A stretch of DNA of 16,667 nucleotides from NCBI GenBank assembly GCA_046735395.1, contig JBJKQR010000044.1:1-16667 (forward strand), written 5' to 3'. Each line of letters opens with the position of its first letter. Position 1 is the first letter of the stretch. Source of the DNA: Fidelibacterota bacterium (GTDB lineage: Bacteria; Fidelibacterota; Fidelibacteria; Fidelibacterales; DSDE01). A program made the translations under genes and the position numbers. The notes under the pieces are model-generated. The model ran no database searches, was not told the origin of the DNA, and saw only the letters and a program-made list of their open reading frames with translations. Shown here piece by piece: positions 1-8,600 of this stretch.

Positions 1-7
1 GACTGGA

Positions 8-207
8 TTCGTGGTCGGAATCCGAGGTTAGAGTTTCAGGATTTTTCGTGTATATTCGTGTCATTTGTGGAAAATTCTTCATTTCGTGTTCATCCGTGTT
101 CTTTGTGGACAATGATTACTTCGTGTCTATCCGTGTTCTTCGTGGATAATGAATTATCCGTGGTGATCCGTGAAATCCGTGGTAATTACCTATTCGTGTC
201 CTTCGGG
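8..207. repeat. Degenerate tandem repeat array, ~37-bp period, unit TYCGTG-N4-TYCGTG-N3-TYYGTGG plus an 10-12 nt AT-rich linker
   Basis: Units begin at 45, 83, 120, 157 and 193 (partial), with a degenerate copy at 8. Spacings are 37, 38, 37, 37 and 36 nt. The array ends 8 nt from the GT2 stop codon (216-218). Confidence 0.8.
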
Positions 208-215
208 GAGAGCAC

Positions 216-3023
216 TCACGATGCGCCGATCCCTTTCCGCACCATGGTACCCCAGCCTTTGGGGCGTTTCAGCGAATTGATGTACCCGGCCACGCGGATA
301 TAGAGCTGCAGCTGGCGGTAGCCGATATTTTCGATGATGGCCATGATCGAGAGACGCAGCTTGTCCCGGAGGCTGAACAGCGGACGCTGCAGGCCGGACG
401 CATAGAGGGCCAGAAGAGAATTTACCATTCCCATCATAATGGCTGCGATAAAAAGCAGCAGAGCGATTTTTCCATTCAGGAGTCCGAATATGGCCGCGAG
501 GATGACCATGATATAGCCCTGCAGTTCGATGAGCGGTCCGATTCCTTCAAATAGGATGAAATAGGGGAAGGCAATCATGCCTGCTTCTTTGAAATAGGGA
601 TTGAAAATCATCTTCCGGTGAAAGGTGAGAATATCCAAAAGTCCCCGCTGCCAGCGGTCCCGTTGCCGGTAGAGAATTTTCAGGGATTCTGGAACCTCGG
701 TCCAGCAGTTAGCCAGCACGGAATATTGAACCTTGTGAGCCCGGCCGTAGCGATGCATGTGCCGGACCAGCCGGACGACCAGTTCCATATCTTCACCCAC
801 CGTATCCTTCTGGAATTTTCCGGACGAAGTGAGGTAGCCTCCGATTTCAATGAGGCGCCGGCGCTTGAAGACTCCGAAGGCGCCGCTGATGACGAGCAGG
901 CTGTTCATATCGGCCCAGCCCACACGGCTGGTTAGAAATGCACGGAGATATTCGGTAGTCTGAAACTGAGCAATGGGATTTCGGGGAATCCCAATGCGGT
1001 CCAGGTGACCTCTGGAAACGCTGCAGCCGTTGACGGGAAGGATATTGCCGCCGGCGGCGACGCATTCAATTTCGGAATCGAGAATGTTCGCGGCGATCTT
1101 TGTCAGAGCCTCCGGTTCAAGAAGCGAATCCGCATCAATTCCGCACACATAATCAGCATTGGATATATTGATGCCCACATTCAGGCTGTCGGCTTTGCCG
1201 CCATTCACTTTGTCAATGACCAGCAGTCTGGGGTGGCCGGGGTTGGCATAAAATCCACGGACATTCCGGGTTTTGATGGTTTCCCGTAGCTTCAGGTCGA
1301 TCTTGTGCAGATCGTAATGTCGAATCAGGGTATTGAGCGTTGAGTCCCGGGACCCGTCGTTCACGATGACCAGGTCATAGTTGCTGTATTTCAGATTCAG
1401 AAGTGAATTGGAACTTTCAATGATGGTTGCCTCTTCATTGAAGGCGGGCGCGATGATGGTAATGGAGGGCAGCATTCCGGGCCGGGAGAGAAAATGGGCG
1501 GTCTTGAGAGACCAGTGACGCAGTTGCTTCCGGATCCCGAAGATTGAGAAGATCGTGATCAGGATATAGATGCCGTTCAGTGTTCCGGAATAATAAACCA
1601 TCAGATAGTTGAACTGAACGATAAATGTTTTAATAAACTGCAGCCAGTGGTGGTCCCGGATCAGGCCCAGGTGCAATACGGTAAAAATCAGGGGAAAGGT
1701 TAAAAAGGCGATGAGCAGGCCACCCAGAAGCAAGCGGAAGGTAATCTGCTCTTTTTTCAGATTTCGTTTTTCAGGAATGAGCTCCGGCCGCTTAAGTCCG
1801 ATACGTTTCAGAAGATCCTCATTCAGATAGTGTTGTAATTCCCTGTCAAAACCGGGCAGTTCGGGAATGAGGGCTTGGGTGAGGTCCAGCAGGGTGGACA
1901 GTAGATCCGGGTCTTTTGTGGCATTGAGAAATTCTATGAATGTGCTGAATTCACCCTGTCGGAGAATGCTGGTCACCAGTTCTTTGTAGATTCCTCCCTT
2001 TTCATTGGCCAGATTCTGCAGAAAGAGCTCGAGCCGGAAAGCCAGAACGCGGGCCAGGGATTTTTTCATTTCCTCGTCAGGAGTCTTCATAAAGAGGGCA
2101 ATGCTCTCCGGGAGAAACTCCGGTTTTTTTCGCAGCAGAGTGGAGCAGGCAATAATGGCGCTTTCCCTTGCTTCGGTATCTGTCAGAGAGGCATGAAGCA
2201 GTGTGAGATTTTCCTTGGTCGGCTGGCTGGCCAGGGCCTGGTAGGCCAGGGCGCGGATATCATGATCCGTGTGGTCCAGAAAGGATTTTTTCCGGAGGAT
2301 GTGTGGGGCCTTTTCCAGCAGAATCTGGGCTGCATCCCGTCTCATGGGCCAGACGCCCGTTTTGGCCTGTTCCGTCAGCAGGAGTGTCAGCTCCAGGCTT
2401 AGGTTAAACCGGGCCGCTGTCAGGTAAAAGGGGATTTCAGATTTCTTGGCATTTTCCACACGGCGCCCCAGGAGTCTGGTGAAATCCGGCCCGAAATTCT
2501 GGCAGAGTCCGGCAATCCGGAGCTGATCTTCCGCTGTGGCGCGAATGGCCTTTTCCAGGATGATCGGGAGTGAGGGCGCGAAGCGCAGGCGGGACAGGGC
2601 ATAGATGAGATAAATGATGACAATCCGGGATGATTCGGTTTCCAGGCGTTCGGAGAGGGCCAGAGCTTCAGCAGCCGTTCCGAAATGCCCCAGGTACAGA
2701 GCCGCGCGCATGCGTTTGACTGCTGTCTTCGCGTTCAGGTTCTGCTTCCATGTGTCGATCCGCCCGGACCGGGTCATGACCGAACGGATGCTGGTATTTG
2801 CTTTTTCATTCAGCAGAATCCGGTCTGTCACATCCAGATACATTTTTAAAAATTTACTCATTCGCCCCGCCGGGGATATTTCACCCGTCAGAAACTTGTG
2901 GCTTTCAGAAAGTATTTCACGCTGATGGGCCTTTCCGTCTGACTGAAAAATATTCAGCAGGACCATCACCAGGATCAGGCCTGAAAAAAACCAGGTTATG
3001 TCAAGGATGGTACTATAATCCAT
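216..3023 (-). CDS. HEAT-repeat domain fused to a processive family-2 glycosyltransferase (PgaC/IcaA/YaiP-like polysaccharide synthase)
   Basis: 935 aa. N-terminal TM, then HEAT-like helical repeats (RMRAALYLGHF, IYLIYALSRL, RRDAAQIL, IRALAYQALA), two TMs, and GT2 motifs PSITIIAPAFNEE, VNDGSRD, NGGKADSLN, DADS (DxD), GEDMEL and QRDRW (QxxRW). Hydrophobic C-terminal TMs follow. Overlaps the upstream gene by 11 nt. Confidence 0.9.
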   Translation of the reverse strand: MDYSTILDITWFFSGLILVMVLLNIFQSDGKAHQREILSESHKFLTGEISPAGRMSKFLKMYLDVTDRILLNEKANTSIRSVMTRSGRIDTWKQNLNAKTAVKRMRAALYLGHFGTAAEALALSERLETESSRIVIIYLIYALSRLRFAPSLPIILEKAIRATAEDQLRIAGLCQNFGPDFTRLLGRRVENAKKSEIPFYLTAARFNLSLELTLLLTEQAKTGVWPMRRDAAQILLEKAPHILRKKSFLDHTDHDIRALAYQALASQPTKENLTLLHASLTDTEARESAIIACSTLLRKKPEFLPESIALFMKTPDEEMKKSLARVLAFRLELFLQNLANEKGGIYKELVTSILRQGEFSTFIEFLNATKDPDLLSTLLDLTQALIPELPGFDRELQHYLNEDLLKRIGLKRPELIPEKRNLKKEQITFRLLLGGLLIAFLTFPLIFTVLHLGLIRDHHWLQFIKTFIVQFNYLMVYYSGTLNGIYILITIFSIFGIRKQLRHWSLKTAHFLSRPGMLPSITIIAPAFNEEATIIESSNSLLNLKYSNYDLVIVNDGSRDSTLNTLIRHYDLHKIDLKLRETIKTRNVRGFYANPGHPRLLVIDKVNGGKADSLNVGINISNADYVCGIDADSLLEPEALTKIAANILDSEIECVAAGGNILPVNGCSVSRGHLDRIGIPRNPIAQFQTTEYLRAFLTSRVGWADMNSLLVISGAFGVFKRRRLIEIGGYLTSSGKFQKDTVGEDMELVVRLVRHMHRYGRAHKVQYSVLANCWTEVPESLKILYRQRDRWQRGLLDILTFHRKMIFNPYFKEAGMIAFPYFILFEGIGPLIELQGYIMVILAAIFGLLNGKIALLLFIAAIMMGMVNSLLALYASGLQRPLFSLRDKLRLSIMAIIENIGYRQLQLYIRVAGYINSLKRPKGWGTMVRKGIGAS

Positions 3024-3993
3024 TGTTAGTGGAATCCGTATTTGCGTGGATTAGATAGCGGCAGAGCCCCTCTATTTCTCTCGGGACCAATGGTTTTTCA
3101 AGAATATGGTAAATCTGCAGATCCATGGCCTGGCTCACCAGCTCAGCCGATTTCATCCGGGTCATTAGAAGGATGGGAATATTTCTCAGATAGGGGTTTT
3201 CATCCAGGGTCCGCTTGAGCCGCAGAGCATTCAGTTTCGGGATCGAATATTCTGCGATGATAAGGGCGGGGAACAGCTTGGAAGCCAGATTCAACGCTTC
3301 CTCGCCGTCGAGGGCGATGTCTGTTTTGAAACCCGTATTCAGGAGGGCCTGCCGGATAAATTCCAGCTGCAGCGGATCGTCATCCACAATCAGGACGCGC
3401 AGGATATTTTCGTTTGTCATAGACATTGAATTGGTGAGTGTTGAACGATTGGATCCTCGGATCTTGGATTGTTTCAGCCGGTTGAAGGCTTCCCCGAGTG
3501 CCATGGTTGACAGAGAGGGACCGTGGGAAATTTTATCCGGGCATTCGGAAAAACGGATGCCGCCGATGCTCACTGTAGTCGGCCGGATAAAGGCCTCGGA
3601 ATCTTCAAATGAAAGCCGTAGCTTTTCTGCGAAGGGTTCGTATTCGGGGACCGGCTCGCAGCAGTGAAGATAGGCAAAGGAATGATCGCTGATGTGGTAT
3701 ATGTGCTCCGGATCCGGAACAGAACTTTTCAGATGGGAGGCAATGGCGGCCAGATGTTCATCTGCCACCGTCGGATCAAAGTCCTGTCGTATCCCGTAAA
3801 TATTATCCACGGTGAGAATGAGTAGAAAGGAATACACAAAGGATTCACGGGCGGATAACTGCTGTATTTCGTTTTTCAGGGATAATTCGTTGGGACAGCG
3901 GGTGACCGGATTTAAATAGAGCTGGCCCTCCAAATCACGGATTTTTGTTTCCAGTGCTTTGATCGTCATTTGATTTTTTGTTAGGACGGACAT
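3013..3993 (-). CDS. Degenerate GGDEF domain plus C-terminal atypical receiver (REC) domain protein
   Basis: 326 aa. GGDEF-fold remnants: NPVTRCPN (for D-LTGL-N), LLILTVDNI, ADEHL, HISDHSF (in place of R-GGDEF) and TTVSIGG. REC motifs: RVLIVDDD, DGEEAL, PALIIAEYSIP (Glu at the phospho-Asp position), IPILLMT and LEKP. Confidence 0.85.
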   Translation of the reverse strand: MSVLTKNQMTIKALETKIRDLEGQLYLNPVTRCPNELSLKNEIQQLSARESFVYSFLLILTVDNIYGIRQDFDPTVADEHLAAIASHLKSSVPDPEHIYHISDHSFAYLHCCEPVPEYEPFAEKLRLSFEDSEAFIRPTTVSIGGIRFSECPDKISHGPSLSTMALGEAFNRLKQSKIRGSNRSTLTNSMSMTNENILRVLIVDDDPLQLEFIRQALLNTGFKTDIALDGEEALNLASKLFPALIIAEYSIPKLNALRLKRTLDENPYLRNIPILLMTRMKSAELVSQAMDLQIYHILEKPLVPREIEGLCRYLIHANTDSTNNGL

Positions 3994-4001
3994 ATTTTCC
4001 C

Positions 4002-5258
4002 CTAATACCGATAGCTTAGAACCAGTTCAAATCCGGTATTTGCCCGGTAGGTGTTTTTCAGTATTTCCTGATTTGACAGCTGCAGGGCCACGCCTGCGAT
4101 CCAGGATGCAGACACTGCTGCCTGTATCCTGAAACCGAGTCGCCGGCTTCCCAGAAAACGGGTTTCATTGCTTCCGGGATCCGTATCAGGTGTGATGCCC
4201 GCCCCGATGGCGAATTCGGCATAGTCTGTCGCTTCTCCGAAATAATACCGGGGAGCCAGCGTCCAGGATTGGGTCCAGTTGCCCGTTGCCGGCGCGAGAT
4301 AATATTTGAAGGGAAGATACCATGCGCCTAAATAACTGCCCAGTGAAGTCGTCCATACGGGAATGCTCTCATCAGCCAGAATCAGATAGCGCAGCCCGCC
4401 GGAGATTTCAAAGGCATGCGGAAGGGCCTGATAATATTCAGCTCCGAAACGCAGGACCGGGAACAGGTCATCGGGAGAGTAGCCGGCCTCTATGTACATA
4501 TATCTGCCCGGGCCGAGTACGGGGTAGCTTTCCACCTCTCCCTGCAGGCCGCTGATCCCGAAGCGCTCGGCGTAATTGATCCGGAAAATCAGCGGTGCCA
4601 GGCGTGTATATTCCGTATGCTCCAGAGTGGTCAGCTTCCAGGGCTCCATTTCTGATTTATCCGCAATGAGATCTGAGCCGGAGGCCGCATCCGCCAGCCT
4701 CGTGTAGGAATAGCTCAGCAACGTGGACCGCCGGATGCCGCTGCCTGCGCTTCTGTTCGCCAGGCTGAAATATTTGGGCAGCTCCTTAGCCGGTTTTTTT
4801 TCCGATTCTGCCATGGCCTGCAGGATTTTTGCCTTTTTCTGTCCCGGAAACGATTCCCCTGGGACTAATCTTTCATAACGACTGGCCAGATCCAGCCCTT
4901 TTTCATAGGCCCCGCTCCACAGATATACATCCAGCAGGGCATTGGCCGCGTCGGCCTGCATACTGTCTGCGGACAGCACAGTGAGAAATTCCCTTTCGGC
5001 GTCATCGTATTCATGATTCCATGCGTAGCACCGGCCCAGAAGAATACGCACGTCGTGGTAATTGGGTATTGAGAAGAGGATTTCCCTGCAGGCGTCCATG
5101 GCGTCTGCCCGGGTCGCCGGTGTCCGGGCCTCGGCCAGCGCCTGAAAATACAGGGAATCGGCATTTATCGGTTTTGCCGAAAGATATGCAGCCGTCATCA
5201 GGAACAGAAATATGCCCTGCAGGAAGATTGTTGAGTTTCCGGACTTTTTTGTCTTCAT
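4002..5258 (-). CDS. TPR-containing YaiO-family-like outer membrane beta-barrel protein (putative polysaccharide export porin)
   Basis: 418 aa. Sec signal peptide (..LMTAAYLSA), TPR-like segment (PNYHDVRILLGRCYAWNHEYDDAEREFLTVL..DAANALLDVYLWSG), then amphipathic beta-strands (RINYAERFG, QGEVESYP, YMYIEAGYS, LFP..RFGAEYYQAL, EISGGLRYL). Ends in an aromatic BAM-type terminus (LVLSYRY). Context next to GT2/HEAT fits the YaiO family. Confidence 0.8.
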   Translation of the reverse strand: MKTKKSGNSTIFLQGIFLFLMTAAYLSAKPINADSLYFQALAEARTPATRADAMDACREILFSIPNYHDVRILLGRCYAWNHEYDDAEREFLTVLSADSMQADAANALLDVYLWSGAYEKGLDLASRYERLVPGESFPGQKKAKILQAMAESEKKPAKELPKYFSLANRSAGSGIRRSTLLSYSYTRLADAASGSDLIADKSEMEPWKLTTLEHTEYTRLAPLIFRINYAERFGISGLQGEVESYPVLGPGRYMYIEAGYSPDDLFPVLRFGAEYYQALPHAFEISGGLRYLILADESIPVWTTSLGSYLGAWYLPFKYYLAPATGNWTQSWTLAPRYYFGEATDYAEFAIGAGITPDTDPGSNETRFLGSRRLGFRIQAAVSASWIAGVALQLSNQEILKNTYRANTGFELVLSYRY

Positions 5259-5296
5259 GTCGTTTCCGCTTTTTGTTTGGAATAATTTTTTACCAG

Positions 5297-5629
5297 CTAA
5301 AGGTCCTCCAGGGCGTATGCGAGAGAATCATATATTTTAAATATGGTGGAAAAACCTGAAATGTCAAAGACTTCTTTTACGGAATCATTCAGGTTGCAGA
5401 GATGAATGGAGCCGTTGTGTTCGCGGAGGGTTTTAGCTGCCTGCAGCAGAACACGAAGGCCGGCACTGCTGATGTAGTCAGTTGTCTGCATATTCAGTAC
5501 AAGCCGGTTTCCACCTTTGTCCACAATATCATCCAGAGCCTGCTTCAACTGTGGCGCTGTGTTTGAATCCACGTTCCCTTCAATATCTACAATGTTTATC
5601 CCGTTTTCAACCCGATCGGAAATCTGCAC
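5297..5629 (-). CDS. STAS-domain anti-sigma-factor antagonist (RsbV/SpoIIAA/BtrV-like)
   Basis: 110 aa with G-VDSNTAPQL, LVLNM..TDYISSAGLRVLL (predicted phospho-acceptor Ser55) and VKEVFDISGF. GTG start preceded by a strong AGGAGG Shine-Dalgarno. Confidence 0.93.
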   Translation of the reverse strand: MQISDRVENGINIVDIEGNVDSNTAPQLKQALDDIVDKGGNRLVLNMQTTDYISSAGLRVLLQAAKTLREHNGSIHLCNLNDSVKEVFDISGFSTIFKIYDSLAYALEDL

Positions 5630-5648
5630 TGAGTGCCTCCTTTCAGCT

Positions 5649-8600
5649 TTAAGCGTGGTTCGTTTCGAATCTGTCCAGAATGATGATGTTCTTTTCCGCT
5701 TCCCGTCTGTATTCTACCGTATCCATCAGATTTTTTACAATATGAATACCGAGCCCTCCGGGCCTGCGTTTATCAATGGATTCACGAACATCGGGGGGCA
5801 TTGTATCGGCAAAGGGATTGAACTCCCGTCCGTCATCGCGGATGATGAGGCGGATCCGGGTAGGGTACAGTTCAATGGAAAATTGGATTTCACTCTTCTG
5901 TCCCTTTTCAAATCCATGGGTTATCACATTGCTCAGAATTTCGTCGATGACGGTTCCCAGCGATGACGAGATATTTGCTGCGATCTGCCAACTCGACAGA
6001 GTCGTGCCGGTATTCTCCAAAATCGACGGGATGCTGTCCAGAGTATTATCCAGAACAAGATCCAGGCGCCGAAGCGGTTTTTTTGAAACCGGTCCGAGAT
6101 ATCTGAGAGACAGGATGGCGATATCATCCGTCTGTTCATGATATCCCTCGAATTTCTTCACTTCCATGAGCAGAGAATTTGTCATATGTACGGATGTGAT
6201 GAAATTGCGGGATTCTAAAAAGCTTTCCAGTTTATCGGATCCGAAGAATGCCCCGTTTTTGTTCTGCGCTTCTGTCACACCGTCTGTATACATCAGCAGA
6301 AAATCTCCCCGTGCCAGCGTCACTGTATTTTCTGTGTAGGGGGCATCGTCCAGAATGCCCAGGGCCAGGCCATGGTGCATATCCAGTTTCTCTACGGAAG
6401 AACCGGTCATGAGATAGGGTGGGTTGTGGCCCGTATTCGTGAAGCTCAGCCGCCCGCTTTTCAGATCCAGAATACTGATGATTGACGTCACGAACATCTG
6501 GGCATCATTATTTTCACACAATTGGCGGTTCACACTGCTGATGATTTCTGATGTGGATTTCCCGCTGACAGCGAGTGATTTTATGAGCGTTTTGGTGACG
6601 GCCATAAAAAGAGCAGCCGGAACCCCTTTTCCGCTCACATCCGCAATGATGGTGCACAGCGTATTGTCATCGATAAGGAAAAAATCATAAAAATCCCCAC
6701 CCACTTCACGTGCCGGATCCAGGATGGCAAAGATGGAAAATTCCCGTTTTTCCGGAAAGGGAGGGAATTTTTTGGGCACCATGTTCATCTGAATATCATG
6801 GCCGATGTTCAATTCGGTTTCCATCCGCTTCTTGGCCTGCTCCAGTTCCTTTTCCAGTTTCTTCTGTTCCGTGATATCCTGTTTCACCGCCACATAATTG
6901 ATGATCTCCTTCTCATTGGAAAAAACCGGGGAGATGGTCATGTCCTCGTAGTAAAAGGACCCGTCACGCCGTTTATTGATAATTTCACCATTCCAGACCC
7001 TGCCGCTTTGAATGGTTTGCCAGAGGGAGTCATAAAACTTTTTGTCGTGCTTTCCGGAGTGTAAAAGATTTGTGCTGTTTCCGATTGCTTCCTCTCGGGA
7101 ATATCCGGTGAGCTGAGTGAAGGCCGGGTTCACGAAGAGGATGACACCCTTCAGGTCTGTGATGACGATTCCGTTCGCGGACTGATGAATGGCCGTCGCC
7201 AACCGGCTTAAATTCATTTCGGCGATCTTCCGCTCCGTAATATCGGTAAAGGTGCTGACAAATCCGCCGCCGGGCATGACGCTTCCCTCGACCTCGATGA
7301 TGTGTCCGTCTGGCTGCAGTCGTTCAAATTTGTGTGCCTGCTGTGATTTGTATAAGTCAATCTGATTGGCCAGAAGTTCTTCCATCTCCTTGTCGCCGTT
7401 CGCCGTTCGCCGGATATCGTAGGAAATCAGATCCTCGAAGGACGTACCGGCTTGAACGAGATCATCCGGAATCTGCCCCATTTTCTGGAAACGCGAATTG
7501 GCGATTATCAGCTTCATATCCGAATCATAGGCCAGCAATCCTTGATTAATATTTTCCAGTACGGTATTCAGGAGAATTCGTTCGCTTTCCAGCTGCTGTT
7601 TCTGCTGTTCCAGTTCACCGGTCCGTTCGTGGACGCGATGTTCCAGGTCTGAAATGGAGTTTTTCAGAGACTGACGCATGCTGTCAAACTGCCGGGCCAG
7701 AGTGCCGATTTCATCCTTCATCGGAATATCAATGCGCATGTTCAGGTTTCCGCGCGTCACCTCAAGGGCGTGCCCGGCCAGCTGCTTCAGTGGCCGGGTC
7801 ATGGTTCTGGCAAATACCAGTGAGAAGATGGAGATACAGACAAACAGTCCCAGGATCCAGCCTGCGAGACTGTTTCGGATGGCAGTGATATGTGAAAAGG
7901 CTTCCTGAACATCAATTTCACTCAGAATGGCCCAGTGCAGGCCCTGAATATCCAGCGGTTTATAGGAGGACAGGACGGGGATATGACGATAATCCGGAAA
8001 GATATCTGTCCCGCTTTGTCCCGACAGGGCGGCAGTGGCGCCCTTTGTATCAATTTTCTGAATATTTATACAGGTTCCCGAATGTCGGATTTGCTCAATC
8101 ATACTGTCGGGTAATCCGGTGGAGGCAAGGGTTTTCAGGTAGGCTCCGGGATTTTCAAGGAAAAACCGCGATTCATTCCGCAGCGTTTTGTTGTCCGCCA
8201 CGATATAGGTTTCACCGCTGCTTCCCAGCCCCCGGTAATACCAGTCCTGATAGGATGTCATCACATTGTTGATTTTTTCTATTCCCAGTCGGAATACGAG
8301 AATTCCCAGTCTCCGGTCCTGATTTTTAATTGCGGTGGAAACAAATGCCGCAGGAATATTCCGGTTCGGAGTATAGGCCTCGAAGTCGGTGAGGATGACC
8401 TTGTCCGCAGCCTCCTGCTCCGCCTTTGTGTATGCCTGAGCCAGGCCGCTCTCTTTCCATTGCCCGCGTCTCAGGTCTGTCCCAATGTCCGGGCCTTTAT
8501 CTGCGTTGTATACAACGATTCCCTCATTGCTGATAAGGTACAGGTCGTTGATGTCAAACCTTGACAGATAGGTTCGGATCGGTTCGTCAAAGCGTTTCAA

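Noticed and set aside
8..207. CRISPR array interpretation of the ~37-bp periodic repeats
   Set aside because: The repeats are degenerate, the linkers are only about 10-12 nt and resemble each other, and no cas genes are present.
58..303. 81-aa plus-strand ORF
   Set aside because: It is a translation of the repeat array and overlaps the GT2 3' end in antisense, with no protein-like features.
216..3023. Assigning gene symbols pgaC, icaA or bcsA
   Set aside because: The motifs show a processive GT2, but pgaB/pgaD, icaB/icaD, bcsB and a PilZ domain are absent, so orthology and product cannot be supported.
3013..3993. Active diguanylate cyclase or conventional response regulator call
   Set aside because: The catalytic GGDEF, the metal-binding Asp, the ND..GH motif and the phospho-acceptor Asp are all substituted.
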